DNA of 64,000 nucleotides from Mycoplasmatales bacterium (GTDB lineage Bacteria; Bacillota_I; Bacilli_A; Mycoplasmatales; G963692675): NCBI GenBank assembly GCA_963692675.1, contig OY830043.1, positions 20,563 to 84,562 of the forward strand, read 5' to 3'. Shown piece by piece: positions 59,040 to 64,000 of this stretch (position 1 is its first letter; each line of letters starts with the position of its first letter). The notes under the pieces were generated by a model. It saw only the letters and a program-made list of their open reading frames with translations, ran no database searches and was not told where the DNA came from. The position numbers and the translations under genes were made by a program.

Positions 59040-61565
59040 TTATAATTTTTTTCTTCATTCTTCTTTAATTCTTTCAATTTCTGCAATTGTTCCAATAATT
59101 TCTCGAGGTTTATTATTGCCTTTATCTTCAGTTAAAATTCCGTTTGCAGTTAAAGCATCTACAATTCGGGCAGCTTTTGAATGCCCAATTCCAAGTAATC
59201 TTTGTAAACCAGAAATACTAACTGTTTTTCTATTTTCATAAGCATTTAAAATCATGTCTGCAGCAATAACATGATCTCTTGTAATTTTCTCCTTTATTTC
59301 AAAACCTTCCATACCTCCAATAGATCCTTGTGTTTCATGAAGGTTAAGAAATTCTTCATCAAAATCAGGTTCTGCTTGGTTAGTTGTTCACTCTACTATC
59401 CGATCTATCTCTTCTTCAGATGTAAACACCCCTTGTAATCTTTCCACCTGATTTTGCCCAGCAGCCTTAATTAATAAGTCTCCCCGACCTAATAATAACT
59501 CTGCTCCATTTTCATCAAGAATAATTCTTGAATCAACACCTGTAGCTAAAGCAAAGGCAATTCTAGTTGGTAAATTTGATTTAATTAAACCTGTAACTAC
59601 TTCAGTTGAAGGACGTTGGGTTGAAACAATTAGATGAATGCCCGCTGCCCTTGCTTTTTGAGCCAACCGAACAATTGCACTTTCTAAGCGGTTATCTTGT
59701 GCTGACATTATCAAATCTGCCAACTCATCAATAATAATTACAATATAAGGCATTGCCTTTTCACTAGATACAGTTTCATTATATGAGATAATATCTTTTA
59801 CTTTTTGATTGCGAAAACTAGTGTAACGTTTTTCCATTTTTACAATCATTTTTTCTAAGACAAGAAGAGCATTAATTGGATTAGTAATAATTGGAGTTAA
59901 TAAATGAGGAATTTGCTCATATTTTGTAAATTCTACTTGCTTGGGATCAATTAAAACAAGCTTTAGATTTGCTGGACTTGTTCGTAAAAGAAAAGTAGTA
60001 ATAATTGATTGAAGAAAAACTGATTTTCCAGATCCTGTATAGCCAGCAACAAGAAGATGCACTAGATCACTTAAGTCTCCAATTGGGTATCCACCATTAA
60101 CATCTAATCCCATTGGAAAAATGATTAATTTATTGGCCTTATTACTATTTTCTAAATGCTTAATAGCAGTTTTCATTTGAACAAGAATTGATTGTGAGTT
60201 AATGAAGGGCACTTCAATTCCAAAGGTATTACTTTTCCCATAAACAGGGAATTGAAAACGGATGTTTTCATTACCAATCATTGCTTTTACTCGTTTCCTA
60301 AATTCATCATCTTGCTTAAAATTATGTTCTCGGGGATCAATTGGACATTGAAATTTTACTACCCTAGACCCAATTTGACGATTTTCAATATATAAAGTTA
60401 ATTTCATTATTTCAATTACTTCTTCTATTTGTCTAGTGAAAATATCTGCTTCTTTAATTCTTTCATCATCATATTCATTTAACAATACATCGTTTAGTAA
60501 ATCAAATGGTGGTAATTCATAATTTTCATAAGTATCTCGTTGTTCTATTTCATCATCTCCAACTTCATTCATTTGGTAATCTTCCTCAGAGGCAATGTAT
60601 TCTTCATTAAAATCATTTTCGATAGTTTCATTTTCATCTTCTTCATCAAATTCCATCTCTAAATCTTCAGCTTCATTTTCAATAGAATCTGTTTCATCCT
60701 CATTCATTATGTTTTCGAATTCAGAGCTAATATAATCCTCAGTGTAATCTTCTTCTTCCTCAGATTCAGTTTCATTAGATTCTGAATCTGTAACTAAATT
60801 TTCATTTTCTTTTATTTCATTTTCTGCATCATTGAATTCTGTACTAATTACTCCAACATTATTGCTATCAGAAAAGGATGTTTCTTCTTCTTCGGTATTT
60901 TTGTTTTCTTCATCATTACTATCCAAACTTGGGGGAGGATCCAACTCAAATTCTTCTTCAATTTCAGAATCCATTTTATAATGAACTGTCCGCCCAATAC
61001 TAATTCCTTTATTATTGGGTTGTCATTTAGAATTTTGGTAAATAGTAACTTCTGAGTTCTTTTCATGCTCATCAATGATTTCATATTCTTCAGATAACTC
61101 AATGAATTCTTGATTATTATCAGTTTCTAAAAACATGCTTTTTTCTTTTGCTGGCAAAATAATTTTAGAATCAGGATCTTTAATGGCTGGTTCATCAATA
61201 ATATGATCAGTTTCATCAATATAAGTAAATCCCATTGGGCCAAGGATTTTTCGTAACCCACTTTTGGTTGAGCTAAAATGACCTCCTTCAGAAACTTTTT
61301 TTCTACTTTTTCTTCTTGTTTTTGGAGTTGGAGTCATTCGCTCTTTAAGAGTCATTTTCCTAATATCCGCAATGGGTTTTTTATTTCGAGGTGTTCTTTT
61401 TTTAGCTTGTTTTTCCTGTTGATCTTCCCTATTTTTAAATGCAATTTGGGTTTTAATTGCACTGGTACTTTTATTTTTTAATTCTAATTCACTTACTGAT
61501 AAATCAGGAACACGTCAGCTACCTTTTCTTAATTTATTTTTAATTTTTTGAAATAATTTTCCCAT
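59040..61565 (-). CDS. ftsK: FtsK/SpoIIIE-family DNA translocase without transmembrane domain (SftA-like)
   Basis: Walker A is GYTGSGKS and Walker B is IVIIIDELADL. The C-terminal gamma winged helix is LQRLLGIGHSKAARIVDAL. ORFs 61023.., 59388.. and 59055.. are in the same frame. Product is 841 aa. Confidence 0.88.
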
Positions 61566-61569
61566 TTTT

Positions 61570-63261
61570 TTATTTTAAAAAACATACATCAATAAATGGA
61601 ATTTTTTTAGTGTTTTTTTTCACAATCCTTTTTAGATGATCCTTAATATCCTCTATTAATATTACTTGGTTTTTTTCTAAACTACTATATTTTTCCATAA
61701 GAACCTGAATTTGTTTTTTCATCTCTAATTCTATTTTACCACTCAACTCTTTTGATGCAAAAACACCCCGTGATTCAATTGTGATTCTAGTTGGTTGGTT
61801 TGGTTGTTTAGGAGAAGGAAAAATGGCAATGGAAATTATTCCATCAGATGACAAAATTGATCGTTGATGAAAAATTTTGCTTGTTATTTGGTGTTCTCTA
61901 ATTGTTGTAAACTTTTGGCTTTTTGAATCATGAATAAGAGTTCGCTCAGGTTTTAATTTATTTCTTGTAAATTCTAGTACTTCAAAATTTTGAATATTTA
62001 TTGGATTAATTAGATTATAGGGATTGGTTTCTTTATGAATCTTTACTAATTTACTATCATCAACATTCTCAACTATGAGATGACCTTGAAAACCAATAAT
62101 GTCATAAAGCATGGTAATATCAAGAAAGGAGGCATTAGTACTTAAATAATTTCGTCAAGTTAATAATTTTACATTAGCAAAATACTTTGATAATTCAGAA
62201 ATAACATCTAATAAAAGAACCTCCCATATGGGGCGGTATTGAATAGCAACAAGAGCCACCTCAATTGTTCATTTTCAATCCTCTTTTGTAATTCCTGCAT
62301 ATTCTTCATAGATTTTTTCAGTTAAGTGGGGAATGGTATCGCCATAAATAACAACCGAATTAACAAATTCATTTTCCTTAATTTTTCCTGCATTAAGTAC
62401 TTTGATTTGCTTTGGGTTAATATCTCCCGCTTCATAAAAAACCTGGTAATGATAATTAAGAGATCTCCCAACTAAAACAACATTTTTCTTTATTCTGTCA
62501 GCTTGTTTAATAATACTTAATAATAGATTTGATTCTTCTAAATCTATAATTACAATTATTGTTTTTTTAAAGGGATTAATAACTTCTTCAAGAGTTGATA
62601 TGATCATGTTATTAGGATAGGTATAATCAAAATTACTAATATTTCCAGCATCACAAGTAAGGACTACTGGAGGGTGCATGCTTGATGTTTTCATCAATGT
62701 TTTTACATCATTATAGCTATTTTGTGATTGTTTAGGACCAATCACAAAATCTCCCATAATACAAAATGCTTGGTCCTTAATTCTTACATAGTAACCAAGA
62801 CTTCCTATTGTTTTTGACAAAGTATTAAAAGGATGAATGGAAACATAATTATCCATTTTTCGACTAGTATGAAAAGTAATAGTTTCTCCAGAACAAACAG
62901 GCTGAATATTTAATATTTTTTGATTAGAATGTTTTAAAGTGATAGATCTTTTGATTATTCTTGCTGTCACTGTTGAACAATAAATGGGAATATTCGGAAT
63001 ATCTTTTAGTAAATGGGTTACTCCCCCCATATGTTTGCTAGCAAAACTATTTAAAAACAAGCCAACAATATGATATCCCTCTTCAAGCTTTCTAGTAAAG
63101 TGGCTGTAATCAGGAACCTGTGAGGTTACTCCATATACATCATCAGGAACATTACCATTTCCAAAATTAAAAATAAGCAGGTTTTTTTCAAATTCCAGAA
63201 CTAAACAATTAACCCCTTCTTGTTCAATTCCTCCTAAATAATACAATTTACATGCAATCAT
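61570..63261 (-). CDS. rnj: RNase J homolog with degenerate metal-binding motifs (RNase J2-like)
   Basis: It is colinear with RNase J (YYLGGIEQEG, VPDYSHF, MGGVTHLL, GDF), but the HxHxDH position reads NSFASKH. ORFs 62275.. and 61570.. are in the same frame. Product is 563 aa. Confidence 0.8.
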
Positions 63262-63318
63262 CTTTACCTATCCATTTATTTTAATTTATTAAATAAGTTC
63301 AACTTAATTTAACAAAAA

Positions 63319-64000
63319 TTAAGATTTTAATCGAACTTGTAATCTACCCTTTTCATCTCTGGCAAATGGAATTACTTTAAGGATTTGATTTATTTTATAG
63401 AAATTTCTTAATCCCTTTTTTTTAGCAAGTGAAGGTAATTTTGTATGATGAATTAAAGCTCAGACATTATTAACTTCAACAAAAATTCCATAATCTTCAA
63501 TCCGCACAATTGGAGCATTAACTTCAACATTATATTTAATAATTCCTAAGGATGATTCAATTTCGTGAGCAACTTTATTAACCACATTTATATCTTGGTG
63601 ATAAATTAAAGCAACATCATTATCAACAGATAATTGTAATCCTTCATTATCAGCAATTATTTTTCTAATGTTCTTTCCCCCCGGACCAATAAGAGCTCCT
63701 GTTTTCCCTTCTGGTAATTTCAAGGTAACAATCTTTAACACATTATCTTTATATTCTTTTCGATGAACTGGGAGAATTGAATACAAAAGATTAAGTATTT
63801 CTGTATTAGCTTGTTCACCTTGTTTTAAAACATTATAAATAGTTCCTAGTTCAATTCCATCATTTTTTAAATCTAATTGAATTGAACAAACTCCCTTTCT
63901 TGTATGAGCAACTTTAAAATCCATTTCTCCATAATGGTCTTCTCATCCTTCAATATCAGTTAAAATGATTTTATCACCATTTTCCTTTGTTAATAAACCA
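63319..64000 (-). CDS. pnp: polyribonucleotide nucleotidyltransferase, 3' part (5' end beyond the right edge)
   Basis: MDFKVAHTRKGVCSIQLDLK is the second RNase PH domain motif. A KH domain (GPGGKNIRKI) and an S1 domain follow. The TGA at 63460 is read through to TAA at 63319-63321. Confidence 0.9.

Overview
This 64-kb window looks like a low-GC Mollicutes chromosome segment that must be read with translation table 4 (TGA = Trp). The six-frame track uses the standard code. About half of the real genes are therefore cut into 2-4 same-frame ORFs at TGA, and some listed M starts are really TTG or GTG. I rejoined the fragments by hand, tracing each frame to the first TAA or TAG, so merged boundaries are manual calls.

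After rejoining, the window is densely packed with about 57 CDS and 2 tRNAs. All but two genes lie on the minus strand.

Most of the content is housekeeping:
- relA (5' part), apt, secDF, hemW, ruvX, alaS, sufU, rluD, lspA and ileS.
- The division cluster mraZ-rsmH-ftsA-ftsZ, with a recognisable MraZ operator.
- holA, then a five-gene heat-shock operon clpB-hrcA-grpE-dnaK-dnaJ behind two CIRCE operators.
- greA, miaB, feoAB, mnmA, glk and ptsG (EIICB).
- tRNA-Ser(GGA), tRNA-Lys(CUU), coaX, coaD, deoC, fmt, miaA, uvrC, ftsK, an RNase J homolog and the 3' part of pnp.

The accessory part lies at about 28.3-41 kb and holds two things:
- An island of five membrane-anchored exo-enzymes: two paralogous endonuclease/exonuclease/phosphatase (EEP) proteins, a 1051-aa 5'-nucleotidase, a staphylococcal-type thermonuclease and a serine hydrolase.
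- Immediately next to it, a second Hsp70 module that I consider the best candidate for something undescribed. It consists of a small peptide with a double-glycine-leader-like N-terminus, a full-length DnaK paralog, and a coiled-coil protein with a GrpE-like C-terminal domain and a very long acidic tail.

No CRISPR array, IS element, prophage or rRNA was seen. The gene order is reminiscent of the Spiroplasma/Entomoplasma/Mycoides lineage, but that assignment is only inference.
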